This document shows positions 9,350-19,298 of a DNA stretch of 64,000 nucleotides, one piece after another. The notes below the pieces were generated by a model. That model was not told the DNA's origin. It saw nothing but the letters and a program-made list of their open reading frames with translations, and did not search any database. The first letter of the stretch is position 1; every line of letters starts with the position of its first letter. The translations under genes were made by a program, and so were the position numbers. The DNA is from Alphaproteobacteria bacterium (GTDB taxonomy: Bacteria; Pseudomonadota; Alphaproteobacteria; UBA828): positions 128,001-192,000 of the forward strand of contig CBDCQT010000012.1 of the NCBI GenBank assembly GCA_965220745.1. Direction: 5' to 3'.

Positions 9350-10165
9350 CTACCGCACACGCTTGAGCGCCGTCCGGGTGAAGTCGCCGAGGTCGAGGTC
9401 CGTGCCGAACTCGTAGTCCGACCAGTTCAGCACGGTGCTCTTGCCCGTGAGATGGTTGGTCATCGTTATCGTTCCGGCCCGCCAGAAGCGATCGAGATAG
9501 ACCTCGTAGTCCTCGATGACCATTGTCTTGAGATGCGCCTCCCTGCGATCGAAGAACTCGATCTGCTGGGTGCGAAGCTCCCCCCGGTCGAGCCAGACCA
9601 CCTGGCGGGAATACCCCGAATCCTCGCTGAGGGGGACGCGTTCCAGGACCGCGCATTCGAGATCGCCGCAGGGCTCGTCGCGCAGGTAGCGATGAGCGTA
9701 TTTCTCGACCTCGACGGCGCCCATGTCTTCGTAGGAGAACTCGCTGCCCATAAAGGAGCCGGACTGCTTCGAGGCGCTGATGCGCTTGACCCGCTTCAGG
9801 GCAGGAAGATAGAGCCACTGTTCGTCCGCGTCGTTCTTGTGGGCGTGGACGAGAAACGCAGTTCCCTTGACGTCGCGCGGGCGGTCGAACACGAACAAGG
9901 TGCGATCGCCGTCCTCCTCGACCTCGATGACCTTCAGGCGCAGTTCGCGCTTGCTTTCCTGCCCCCGCTTGTTGCGCAGGACCATGTTCAGGCTTGCGGT
10001 GAAGTTGCCGAAACCCTTCTGGCGTTCGCGGGCTTCGGTGGCGATCTCGAGCCCCGTTTCCTCGGCGCTCTGCGCGTGACCGACCGACGGCTCGTCCGCC
10101 CAGACGAAGGCGGCAAGAAGGATGGCGGACAACGCAAGCGCGGGGTGGGGGAGAGCGACACGCAT
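9350..10165 (-). CDS. LolA-like periplasmic 'outer membrane lipoprotein-sorting' protein
   Basis: Signal peptide; PRDVKGTAFL, QWLYLPALKRVKRI, SFMGSEFSYEDM; AGGAGG RBS. Confidence 0.88.
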   Translation of the reverse strand: MRVALPHPALALSAILLAAFVWADEPSVGHAQSAEETGLEIATEARERQKGFGNFTASLNMVLRNKRGQESKRELRLKVIEVEEDGDRTLFVFDRPRDVKGTAFLVHAHKNDADEQWLYLPALKRVKRISASKQSGSFMGSEFSYEDMGAVEVEKYAHRYLRDEPCGDLECAVLERVPLSEDSGYSRQVVWLDRGELRTQQIEFFDRREAHLKTMVIEDYEVYLDRFWRAGTITMTNHLTGKSTVLNWSDYEFGTDLDLGDFTRTALKRVR

Positions 10166-10437
10166 CACCGTTTCCTCCTGTCGGCGGCCATCGGCGGAGC
10201 GGGGAAAGCGGGACATTGATGGCGGTATCCGGGCAGCGACCGGACCATGTCGTCTCGTTCACCTTCGCCGGAACTTATTCGCACATGGTAGCACGATTCC
10301 TGCCCTGCAAATGAAACCTCCGCTTGAGCGTGTCCGTCTTTGACGGACGCGCGACAGGCCGTGACCGCGGCCCGCCGCTGATGCGGCGCGCCCGCGCAGG
10401 CGCCGGCCACAGGCCGGCTGCCGTGAGCGAAATAGTA

Positions 10438-10520
10438 CGAGAGCGTTTCCGTGTAGAAACACCAAGAGACGATATGGTGGTTTAGAAGTTTGAGCCAATA
10501 TGCGATGGTCGTCCACTTCT
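10438..10520 (+). repeat. Left inverted-repeat end of the element
   Basis: CGAGAGCGTTTCCGT...TGCGATGGTCGTCCACTTCT. Confidence 0.7.
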
Positions 10521-10529
10521 CATGTTGTA

Positions 10530-10542
10530 TATCAGAGGTTTG
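10530..10542 (+). promoter_or_regulatory. IHF consensus site, left end
   Basis: TATCAGAGGTTTG fits WATCARNNNNTTR in an AT-rich tract. Confidence 0.5.
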
Positions 10543-10758
10543 TCAGATATTCAACCATAGAATTTTGAGTACAATGGCCATGGCAGGATTTGCCTGTCTT
10601 GTGGTGATAGTGACACTTTGGTGTTGAAGTGTTCCTCATATGGGCGGTAATCTGCGGCTTATGGGGTGCATCTCGATGATAGATATGTAGTCCGTATGGT
10701 TTCTACGGTATAATATGGGACGATATTGGGAAATCTCCATAGGATAGCGAGCGGGCCG

Positions 10759-11091
10759 ATGCCGGCGAGACAAAAGGGCGAAAAGCGGAAGCAGCGCTGG
10801 GTCGGTGCAACCGATGCCGAATGGGCCGAGATCAGCGAAGGCGCGCAAGCGGCGGGATTGTCCAATTCCGACTACGTCATCCGGTGCTGCCTTGAGGGCA
10901 AGGCGCGGGCCGAGCCGACCGATGCCGCTCTGCCCTCGCCGGTGCTGCAGCGAGCGGTGAAGGCGGTATTGATCCTCGAAGAACTGCAAAGGCTGCGGCT
11001 CGCGAACGACGGCGAGATAGGCGAAGCACTGTGGCGGAGGGCGGTGGGCGAGGTGGACGCCTGGATCAAGGGCGAGGACGATCTGGGATGA
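10759..11091 (+). CDS. Ribbon-helix-helix/MobC-like protein 1
   Basis: RKQRWVGATDAEWAEISEGAQAAGLSNSDYVIRCCL pattern; TATAAT at 10709-10714. Confidence 0.6.
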   Translation: MPARQKGEKRKQRWVGATDAEWAEISEGAQAAGLSNSDYVIRCCLEGKARAEPTDAALPSPVLQRAVKAVLILEELQRLRLANDGEIGEALWRRAVGEVDAWIKGEDDLG

Positions 11092-11104
11092 AGCGGAAGG
11101 TGCC

Positions 11105-11431
11105 GTGATCCTCGCGAAGAAGCGCTGCATCTACTGCTCCCCAGAGACGCGGGAGAAGATGCGGCGGCGGGCCAGGAAGGAGAGGATTCCGCTCTCGCGC
11201 CTGGTCATTCTGTGCTGCCGCCGGGTTGCGAGCGCGAGCGCTCCTCCGGAACCGCCCGGTCATCGCCTGGCGCTTGCCGAGGACGCGCAGCGCCGCCTTT
11301 ACGAGGACAGCCGCGTTCTCGCCCGGTCGAAGGGCATCGTTGTCGATGCGCAGGAAGGCGGGAAGGCGACCCTGGCGATCCATGAAGTGGTTCGTTTTCT
11401 GCTGCTTTGCGAAGAAGAGCAGGAGGCATGA
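11105..11431 (+). CDS. Ribbon-helix-helix-like protein 2
   Basis: KKRCIYCSPETREKMRRRARKERIPLSRLVILCC; GTG start. Confidence 0.55.
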   Translation: MILAKKRCIYCSPETREKMRRRARKERIPLSRLVILCCRRVASASAPPEPPGHRLALAEDAQRRLYEDSRVLARSKGIVVDAQEGGKATLAIHEVVRFLLLCEEEQEA

Positions 11432-11925
11432 GCAAGCCGCGCGTGCGCAGGGCGGGGACCGAACAAACGATTTCCGCGACCGACGAGGAATGGGCCGACG
11501 TCCAGTCGGGGGCGGACGAAGCCAGAATGTCGGTGTCGGCCTGGGTGGTCCATTGCGTGTTGACGGTGGACCCCCTGCCGCGGAAGCATCGCCGGCTGGT
11601 GCTCGACGAGAAACAGCAGAAATCTGTCTCACGGGCCGTGAGCGAGCATGCACGGAGCCTGCGCTCGGACGTCGACGCGCCTTCGCAGGTCACCGACGAC
11701 CTCGGCGCGCTGCTGAAGGCGCGGCTTGAGACGATGGACCGGCAGGACCGGGGCAGCGAAGCCGCGACGCTCCTTCGGCAGGTATTCGGCGAGGAGCGGG
11801 CGGCAATCATCGCCGCCGCCTTCATGCCGAATGTACGGATGACGCCGGAAGCGGCGCAAAAACCGCAGAAGCCCGCACCCCGAAAGAAAAGGGTCCGCGA
11901 CTCCGGTCAGGGCGAGTTGTTCTGA
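11428..11925 (+). CDS. Ribbon-helix-helix/MobC-like protein 3
   Basis: EQTISATDEEWADVQSGADEARMSVSAWVVHCVL; ATGA coupling and AGGAGG RBS. Confidence 0.65.
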   Translation: MSKPRVRRAGTEQTISATDEEWADVQSGADEARMSVSAWVVHCVLTVDPLPRKHRRLVLDEKQQKSVSRAVSEHARSLRSDVDAPSQVTDDLGALLKARLETMDRQDRGSEAATLLRQVFGEERAAIIAAAFMPNVRMTPEAAQKPQKPAPRKKRVRDSGQGELF

Positions 11926-12230
11926 TTGCAGGCAGGCAGATCGGGCGAACAGGTGCGGCAGTCAAGAGAGAGCGAGGTCGACCCGCGCGGGCCTCTGCCC
12001 CCGACGGTGTCGGGCTGGAAAGACGGGGCACCTCCGATGACGTCCCTTGATCATCGAGGCAAGGGCCGAGGGGCTCCGGCCGGTCGACGAACGGCTGGAG
12101 CGCTCGCCGCGCTGCATCGAGCTCGCCTGGGCCAGGCGCTGAAACGGCGTCCTGCCCTCGACCACGGTGGGCGGCGGCCTCTCGCCGCTCCTGTCGCTCC
12201 AGTGAAGCAGGGGGCATCGGCGGGACAATC

Positions 12231-13598
12231 ATGGCTCTCGAAGTCGTAAAGGCGTTCACCCTGGAGCACGTCCGGTGGCTCGCGCCCCTCGAGGAATGGG
12301 CCCTGCGCGAGGTGAAGGGCGCAGCGGTAGAGGGCAGGGAGCCGAAGCCGGAGGCGCGAGGGATCTACGACCCCTTGACCGAGGACATCCGCAACGGGAA
12401 CTGCTGGATCCTCTGCAATTGCCTTCCCCATGAGCCGGAGCGGCCGGTCATCGTGCCCGCTCGGAGAACGCGCGGCATCAGTCTCGGCAACCTGCCCGAC
12501 GCTCCGGTGCCGCATGACGGGAGTTGCGTCTTCCGCCTGCGCGGACACTCGATAGACACCTCCGGTTATCTCTTCAATCCGCTGACGTACGACCGGCAGG
12601 GCGCGGCTTCGTTGGAACGCGACCGGAGGCGCGAACCCCGGGGCCGGGGCGGTCGGTCGGTCCCGGTCGTGGCCCACGTGCTCAAGTGCTTCATCCGGGA
12701 GGCGCGGCTGCACACGTTGGCAGGCGCGGAGCGGTTCCCGTCTCCGGCGGACTGGCTCGCGGAACTCGCGCGCGCCGCGGCCGCGTTCCCCGTTGCGCCG
12801 AATGTTCCGGCGTCGGAGGTGCTGTTGACCGACCCCGCGAGATGGCGCTCGGGCGAATTCCAGAAAAGGCTGGACGAGCGCGCACAGAAGTGGCCGAAGG
12901 GTTCCCCGCCCTGCGGCTTCCTGTGCTGGGACGCGGACGACGTGGAGGACCACGAGATCAACGGCAAGACCACGGGCGCCGGCCACGTGAGGGTGACCTC
13001 TCGCGTGGTCTCTCCGCGCGTCTACGACAACAGGGTGGTGGGGCCCTATCTCTTCCTGGGGGCGCTGGAACAGTCCGAAGACCGATCCGGGTGGGAGTGC
13101 TGCATGGCCTATGCACATCCCATCGCCGCACTGGAATTGCCGATCCCGGTCGAGTCGGAATACGAGCGCCAGGCGCTCCTGTCGCTTCCACAACTGGTCC
13201 GGGATCTCCAGAGCGACACGAAGCTTGAGGAGGCGCTCGGCGGGGTCGTCGGGGTCGAGCTCCAGAAGCCTCTCTTCGAGATAGGGGTGCGCGAAGGCCC
13301 CTGTCGACCGGACGTCCTTCTCACCGTGACCCGCCCTGGCGGTCCGGTCCCCCGTGTCCCCGACGATGCCTTCGACGGCAGCGACAAGGTGCACTACGTC
13401 ATCGAGGTCATGGGGTTCGACGACGAGAAATACAAGAAACGGAAGGAAAAGACCCACCGCCGGATGGAGCGGCTCGGCCGGGTGATCCCCCTGGAGGGGT
13501 GGACGTTCGAGGCCGCTCACTACGGCCTGGAGCGCCAGCTCGAGAGGATCGCCTTGCGGATCGCGAAGGATCTCATCCGGCGATGGGGAGCAAGCTGA
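12231..13598 (+). CDS. DUF1173-like protein (N-terminal CxC..HxxxC motif, C-terminal PD-(D/E)xK-like nuclease)
   Basis: WILCNC...PHDGSCVF; PVESEYE, KPLFE, RPDVLL, IEVMGF, YKKRK. Confidence 0.6.
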   Translation: MALEVVKAFTLEHVRWLAPLEEWALREVKGAAVEGREPKPEARGIYDPLTEDIRNGNCWILCNCLPHEPERPVIVPARRTRGISLGNLPDAPVPHDGSCVFRLRGHSIDTSGYLFNPLTYDRQGAASLERDRRREPRGRGGRSVPVVAHVLKCFIREARLHTLAGAERFPSPADWLAELARAAAAFPVAPNVPASEVLLTDPARWRSGEFQKRLDERAQKWPKGSPPCGFLCWDADDVEDHEINGKTTGAGHVRVTSRVVSPRVYDNRVVGPYLFLGALEQSEDRSGWECCMAYAHPIAALELPIPVESEYERQALLSLPQLVRDLQSDTKLEEALGGVVGVELQKPLFEIGVREGPCRPDVLLTVTRPGGPVPRVPDDAFDGSDKVHYVIEVMGFDDEKYKKRKEKTHRRMERLGRVIPLEGWTFEAAHYGLERQLERIALRIAKDLIRRWGAS

Positions 13599-13766
13599 CG
13601 GTTCCGGTTCCCGCGGCGGGTTCCCGGCGCCCCGAAAACGCCGAACCGGCGGCGCGTCGGAGGCGGCCGGCAGTCGCAGGAACCTCACTGGGCTCCGCGA
13701 CGGCCTGGAGCGCACATGGTACGGCACACTAACATGCCGGATCGGCTTCCCGGGAATGCGACGACA

Positions 13767-16700
13767 CTAAGGCATCCAGGGGCGCCTGCGCATGACGTAG
13801 TGCCGTCCATGCTGCTGGTTCAGTTCGACCCGTATCTTGTCCAGCTCCATCTTTCTGGCGCGCGCCTTGGACCAGCGTTCGTCCTCGTCGTCCCGGAATG
13901 CGCGCCATCGCGCGAATGGGAAGAGTTCGTCGAGCGAAAGGCTGAATTCCCGGCAAGGCTCGTCGTCCGAACGCGAGATCTCGCGGAGCTTGCAGCTGTC
14001 CTCCGCTTCGGTCTTCCCCGCCGTTCTCTCGACCACCTCCAGCTCGATCTGCACGACCGTCGGGCGGCCCAGGCGCGCGCTCGCCGGCGCAGCCGTTTCC
14101 GATCGGCCGACCTCGCTGCACCACAACCGGTCGCCCCTGGTGAGATCCCGTGAGCAGTCGAGTGGATAGCTGGCCGGGGGTTCCGGCCACTGGCGCGCCC
14201 GCTCCACCTCGCGAAGCCTCTCGTCGCTCCACTCCGCGCGATGGACGCGGCCCGCGAGCTTCGTTGCGGACATTCGCGTCACCGGCTCTTCGGCTGTGCG
14301 CCCCGTCGCCGGCGCAGCCCATTCCAGCTCCACCTCGTCGTGGCGGGTACACCCGCCGGTCCGTCCGGGCTGGAGCACCACCGCTTCGCGTTGCGGCTCG
14401 TCGTCCGATCGCTGCAACCTGATCCTGTCGCCCGCGAGCAGCGGTTCCGCGCCCCACCAACGGCGGTCGAACGCGTGCCCGACGGCGGGATCGCGAAGCC
14501 GTGCCAGCTCCGCGCCCACCATCTCCGCGATCCGGTCCTCCTCCAGCTCGGGAACGGTTTTCCGCTCGCTTGCGCGCCGAAGTCTCTGCTCGATGCGCTC
14601 GAGCATATCCGGGCGACCTCGCCAGCGCTCCCGGGTGCCCTCGTCCAGTACCCACTGGGCGTCGTCCTCGAACCGGAGGCTTCGTTCTTGCCACGCCGGC
14701 CATTCGGCAAGCAGCGACAACGGCAGTGTCTCCCGCGTCGCGCGTTCCTCGAGCCGGCGGTATTGCTCGTCTACCTGATTCGCTTCCCGGAACAGGCTTT
14801 GGAACGTCATCCATTCGATTGAGAGGGCGGCATGCTCGTCGATCTCGGCCTGCAGCCGGCGCCGGGCCGCCTCTTCCAGGTCCGGTTCCTTCGCCAGGCG
14901 CTCCGCTCGGGCGATGGACTTGTCGTACCCCTCGTCACCCACGGGCGAGATGCCCTGCGCCAGCGCACCGGGTTTCGTCTCCTCGATCCGGTTCATCACC
15001 GAGACGAAGCGGTCGAGCAGGTGGTGACTCTCCAGCCGCTTCAGAGCGGCAGTCAGCGCTTCCCTGCCATCCGGTATCCGGTCGAGATGGGGAGCATAGG
15101 TGTCTTCGTCCTTGTGGATTGCTCGTCCCGTGGTCAGCAGCTTCTCCGGAAAGTCGGTGAGGGACCGGTAGCCCGGCAGGCCGATGACGAGGAAATCAGA
15201 ATCCTGCCGGGCACGCCGCTTCGCTTCTTCCTGCAGGTCCTTCCAGTACTGCCCATGTTGCCCGGCTCCCTGGAGGAAACCGTCGACGGTGGCGCGCTCC
15301 GTGCTGCATCGACTGTCGTATTCCAGCACCCGCTCCACCATGTTACGTGCCTGGTCCGGCAAGCCCTCCCTCCGGCCGAGCGCGCGGGCCTCCTCGACGA
15401 GCTCTTCCCAGCCCGGCAGATAGAAGGCGATGACGTTCCCGGCCTTCGCCCGGTCCGCCATCGCCAGACGCTTCTCGAACACCCCCGCCCAGGCCAGATC
15501 GTGCTTGCCGAGTTCATCGAGCTGATCGACGGCGGCCGCGATCTCCCCCGCTTCATCCTTCAACCGGTCGAGATGGGGTTGCCATGTATCATGGGGCCGC
15601 CATGTATCATGGGGCCGCCATGTATCATGGGGCCGCCATGTATCATGGGGCCGCCATGTATCCGGATCTTCACGCTTGGAATCCGGCACTTCACGCATGG
15701 CGCGCCAGCCTTCGCCCAGCTCTCCGCAACGCGCCAGCCAGTCGGCATAGCCTGCCAGTTCGGTGGGCGGGGTGAATGTAGATCGGTACTCCGTGCTGGC
15801 GCGGTCCTCCAACTTCGTGTGCTCGTCCAGAAGCCCGACCGCAGAGGCATGAAGTGCGACGATTGCCGCCTTCCGTTCTTCGCAGGCCTCTGCATGGTCA
15901 AGGACCTCCCTGGCTGCTGCCAGCGCCCATGCAGGAAGGGGGGATCGCCTGGTAAGTGTCGTGGCCCGCCCGACAAGATCGTCATGGCCCTCGGCGTAAA
16001 ACGGAATCGCGCCTTCAGCCGCGGCCCGCGCCGCCACCTCGCGGCGTATCGTGTCGAATGCGAGCACCGCGTCGTCGACCGCCAGCAGGTCGGCGAGCTG
16101 CCCGAGGCGCTCTGAGATCGTTCCGCCCACTTCGCCCGCGCGCTCGCCCAGGGCCGCGAGCAGGACCTTGCCGTTCGCCGAAAGACGTCCCGACATCTCC
16201 CGCCACTCCGGGTAGTCTTCCAGTCCGGCAACCGGGCACGTCGCGGACTCGGCGGCCTCGTCCAGGCCGCGCCTCGTTGCGTCATGCGCATCGAGCAGTC
16301 CGAGGAACTCCACTGCCGCCCTGTCCCCCTCACGGCAGGCGCGGTCGTAGGCGAGCAGGCCGTCCACGTCCTCCCGTGTCAGGGCCGGCAGGTCCGGCTT
16401 CCCGGCGAGCTCCCGCGCGCGTCCGATCAGCGCCCCGTAGCCCTCCACCAGGAACAACACCGTAGCCTCGCGCCGCGCCCGCCGTTCAAGGGCCTCCCAT
16501 TCGTCGCGCAGCGTCCAGACAGGCTCCTTCTCCGCCAGCAGCCGGACGATCTCCTCAGGCTCAATCTCGATCGGAGCGTCGACCGCCTCGATCGCCGTCG
16601 GCCGCTCCCCGGTGTTGTCGGCCAGAACCTTCACCAGCTGCTCGGCATTGTCGGTGAGCACCACCGCCCGCTCCCGCGCCCGGCTGATCTCGACGTAGAA

Positions 16701-19298
16701 GGTCGACTGGTCGGTGAGCGCGCCGTGGCTCGAATCCAGCACCGCGATCACCCCCTCCGCCGTGCTCCCCTGCGCGCCGTGCACGGTCGAGCTCCAGGCG
16801 TGGTCGATATGCCGCAGCTGCGGATCGTCCAACCGCAGCGACAGCCCCCGCCCGTCCGCCAGTCTGAACCGCACCCGGCCCTTGGCGATCCCCTCCACCT
16901 CGGCCCGCTCGCCGTTGATGAGCGACCGCTTCCTGTCGTTCCGGGTCCAGCGGATCCGGTCGCCCGCGCGGACCTCCATGGGACGGGTCTCGTAGACGTC
17001 GAGCTGGTAACGGATCGAGCCCGCCGGGCGGATCCAGCGCTGCTTGCCGTCGGGATGCAGCAGCATCACCCGGTCGTAGTCGATCCCGGTCACCGTCAGG
17101 ATCTCGTCCTTCTTCAGCCGGTAGTTGACCAGGTCCTGGTGGAACACCACCAGGTCCCCTTCGCGGTAGTTGCGCACGTCCCCCTTCTCGGTCCGGGTCA
17201 AGCCCAGGCTGACCAGGCGCTCGATCCCGAGCGCCTTCCCCCGGAGCACCCCCTCATTCGCCAGTGCCTCCCGGACGGTCCGGTTGATTTCCTCCCTCAA
17301 CGCATGGGTCGGCGCGACCAGCAGGGTGTTGTCGCGGGTGGCGGGGTCGAGAGCCAGCCAGGCCTGCGCCGCCTTCTCGCCGAGCTCTTCGTGCGCCACC
17401 TCGTGCACGCTGCTGCCGAGCAGCTCCACCGCCTCGCCGGGATCGCCCGCCAGAACCGCCTGCACCGCCGCCCGCAGCTCCGGGTTCCGCTGGCGCAGGA
17501 TGTCGTCCATCGCCGCCGTCGTCATCCCCGCCCGCTGCAGCAGACGGAACGGCTGCCCGGCTTCCACCGCGCGGAGCTGGCTGCTGTCGCCCACCAGCAC
17601 CACGCGGGAAGCGTCGAGCTCGTCCGCCGCCCGCAACAGCGAGCGCATCTGGTCGGTCGACACCATCGAGGCCTCGTCCAGCACCAGCACCGCGCCGCCG
17701 AAGGTCTCCCTCAACGCCTCCAGCGCCTGTCGGTTGCCGCCCGCCGCCCGGCGGCGCGCCAGGAACCACTGAAGCGTTCGGGCATGAATGCCGGTCTCGC
17801 GACCCAGCACCGCAGCCGCCGCAGCCGAGGGCGCGAGTCCGAACACCGGCTTCTCCCCGGCAAGCGCCCGCACCTGGCGCAGCATCGTCGTCTTGCCGGT
17901 CCCGGCCCGGCCCTGCACGCCGACGACCCGGTCGTGCGCCAGCAGGATCGTGCGAACCGCCTCCCCCTGTCCCTCGGTGAGCCCGGCGCCGTCGAGACGG
18001 GCGGCCACGTCCCTCTCCCGGGCCAGCGCCGCGCCGGCACCGATCCCGGCCTTCATCATGGCGATCGTGGACCGCTCTGCCTTCAGCGCCCGGTCGGTGA
18101 CGAAGGCCCGGTCGGCGCGCCGCAGCTGGGCCTCGACCAGGTGGCCGTCGCGGACCAGCCAGGCGATCGTGTCCCGGATCTCCCCGAGCGAATGCCGGCC
18201 CGGCGAATGGCCGAGAGCAAGCGCCTCGAGCTCGTGTTCGGAAAAGACCGATTGCCGTTCCTCAAGCTGGCGCATGCAGCGGCGCACGATCGCCAGCGCG
18301 GACGGGCTCTCCGGAAGCATGATCGCTTGCTCGGAGCGTGTCTCTGCGAGCGCCGTGTCGAGGCTCAATTCCTGTGCGCGGGCCCGCCATAGCTCCTGCA
18401 GCTGAGCCCGCACCGGCTCCGCCTTCCGCTTGCGCGTCGCCAGCGTCGCCGCCTGCATCGCCGCCGCGCCGCGGTCCCAGCCCTTCTCGTCCACATAGGC
18501 CAGGATCTCGTGCCTGCGCGTCGAGAAGGCTCTCCGCAGCTCCCCGCCGTAGCCCGCAAGCTCGAAGCTCGGCAGCCGACCCACCATCGCCGGCACGATC
18601 GAATAGCCCTTCGCTATCAGCTGCCGCGCCAGCCGGTCGCGGTAATAGGCTCCGATCAATCTCGCATTGCGGTGCAGCAGCGTCGGCTCCACGCTTTTCC
18701 ACCGCCCCTCCTCGTCCCGGGTCATGTTGGCGATCACGGCGTGAGTGTGGAGCTGCGGATCGAGGTTGCGGCTTGCGATGTGGCGGAACAGCGCCGCCAC
18801 CATCGAGGGCGCCTTCACCCTTGGCCGCCTGCCGGTGGCGGGGTCCCAGCCACGGGTCTCCAGCAGCATCCCCTCGATCCAGTCGAGCGTCTCGCGCACC
18901 GCCGCACTGTGCGCGCGAATGACCGCCCGGTCGCCGTGCGGGTGTTCCTCCGTCGGCAGAAGCGCCGCCAGCGACACCGACTTCGGCGCCGAGAAGGTGA
19001 TGTCGAAGCCCGGGCGATGCTCGTGCTGCCCGTCGCGCAAGCGCCCGAGCCGAGTCCCTGTTCCGATCACGTGGCCCTGAAGAAGCTTCTCGAAGGCGCC
19101 CGCCGCGACCGGCTTGCCGGGATGCAGTCCCAGGGCAACCGCGCCCGCACCGTGCCAGGTGCTCGCGTTCCGGTGCTCGGCCCGCTTGGCCCGAAGGTCC
19201 GCCGCGTCCTCGCCTTTCCTCAAGTAGTAGCCGCCGTCCTGGCGGAAATACTCCGACGTGGCAGAGGACGAGGTCAGGTTGCGGACCGTCGCGACCAT
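13767..19298 (-). CDS. trwC: MobF/TrwC-type relaxase-helicase with ~900-aa C-terminal extension
   Basis: EYFRQDGGYY, PGFDITFSAPKSVS, DPQLHTHAV (HUH), GRAGTGKTT, LDEASMV, TVHGAQG, FYVEISRAR. Confidence 0.92.
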   Translation of the reverse strand: MVATVRNLTSSSATSEYFRQDGGYYLRKGEDAADLRAKRAEHRNASTWHGAGAVALGLHPGKPVAAGAFEKLLQGHVIGTGTRLGRLRDGQHEHRPGFDITFSAPKSVSLAALLPTEEHPHGDRAVIRAHSAAVRETLDWIEGMLLETRGWDPATGRRPRVKAPSMVAALFRHIASRNLDPQLHTHAVIANMTRDEEGRWKSVEPTLLHRNARLIGAYYRDRLARQLIAKGYSIVPAMVGRLPSFELAGYGGELRRAFSTRRHEILAYVDEKGWDRGAAAMQAATLATRKRKAEPVRAQLQELWRARAQELSLDTALAETRSEQAIMLPESPSALAIVRRCMRQLEERQSVFSEHELEALALGHSPGRHSLGEIRDTIAWLVRDGHLVEAQLRRADRAFVTDRALKAERSTIAMMKAGIGAGAALARERDVAARLDGAGLTEGQGEAVRTILLAHDRVVGVQGRAGTGKTTMLRQVRALAGEKPVFGLAPSAAAAAVLGRETGIHARTLQWFLARRRAAGGNRQALEALRETFGGAVLVLDEASMVSTDQMRSLLRAADELDASRVVLVGDSSQLRAVEAGQPFRLLQRAGMTTAAMDDILRQRNPELRAAVQAVLAGDPGEAVELLGSSVHEVAHEELGEKAAQAWLALDPATRDNTLLVAPTHALREEINRTVREALANEGVLRGKALGIERLVSLGLTRTEKGDVRNYREGDLVVFHQDLVNYRLKKDEILTVTGIDYDRVMLLHPDGKQRWIRPAGSIRYQLDVYETRPMEVRAGDRIRWTRNDRKRSLINGERAEVEGIAKGRVRFRLADGRGLSLRLDDPQLRHIDHAWSSTVHGAQGSTAEGVIAVLDSSHGALTDQSTFYVEISRARERAVVLTDNAEQLVKVLADNTGERPTAIEAVDAPIEIEPEEIVRLLAEKEPVWTLRDEWEALERRARREATVLFLVEGYGALIGRARELAGKPDLPALTREDVDGLLAYDRACREGDRAAVEFLGLLDAHDATRRGLDEAAESATCPVAGLEDYPEWREMSGRLSANGKVLLAALGERAGEVGGTISERLGQLADLLAVDDAVLAFDTIRREVAARAAAEGAIPFYAEGHDDLVGRATTLTRRSPLPAWALAAAREVLDHAEACEERKAAIVALHASAVGLLDEHTKLEDRASTEYRSTFTPPTELAGYADWLARCGELGEGWRAMREVPDSKREDPDTWRPHDTWRPHDTWRPHDTWRPHDTWQPHLDRLKDEAGEIAAAVDQLDELGKHDLAWAGVFEKRLAMADRAKAGNVIAFYLPGWEELVEEARALGRREGLPDQARNMVERVLEYDSRCSTERATVDGFLQGAGQHGQYWKDLQEEAKRRARQDSDFLVIGLPGYRSLTDFPEKLLTTGRAIHKDEDTYAPHLDRIPDGREALTAALKRLESHHLLDRFVSVMNRIEETKPGALAQGISPVGDEGYDKSIARAERLAKEPDLEEAARRRLQAEIDEHAALSIEWMTFQSLFREANQVDEQYRRLEERATRETLPLSLLAEWPAWQERSLRFEDDAQWVLDEGTRERWRGRPDMLERIEQRLRRASERKTVPELEEDRIAEMVGAELARLRDPAVGHAFDRRWWGAEPLLAGDRIRLQRSDDEPQREAVVLQPGRTGGCTRHDEVELEWAAPATGRTAEEPVTRMSATKLAGRVHRAEWSDERLREVERARQWPEPPASYPLDCSRDLTRGDRLWCSEVGRSETAAPASARLGRPTVVQIELEVVERTAGKTEAEDSCKLREISRSDDEPCREFSLSLDELFPFARWRAFRDDEDERWSKARARKMELDKIRVELNQQHGRHYVMRRRPWMP
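15581..15662. repeat. 18-bp in-frame tandem repeat, about 4.5 copies (HDTWRP)
   Basis: GCCATGTATCATGGGGCC repeated directly inside the relaxase gene. Confidence 0.95.

Noticed and set aside
9350-10437. Claim that the island cut the LolA-like gene off from its operon promoter
   Set aside because: About 270 bp of upstream DNA with a possible TGnTACCAT -10 element remains, so the gene may have its own promoter; only physical splitting of the cluster is proposed
15581-15662. Possible CRISPR array
   Set aside because: Contiguous 18-bp units with no spacers, in frame within a CDS, and no cas genes
16284-18392. Long antisense or alternative-frame ORFs (e.g. 702 aa here, 558 aa at 12051-13727, 462 aa at 58477-59865)
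   Set aside because: Shadows of real genes in high-GC DNA with no recognisable motifs
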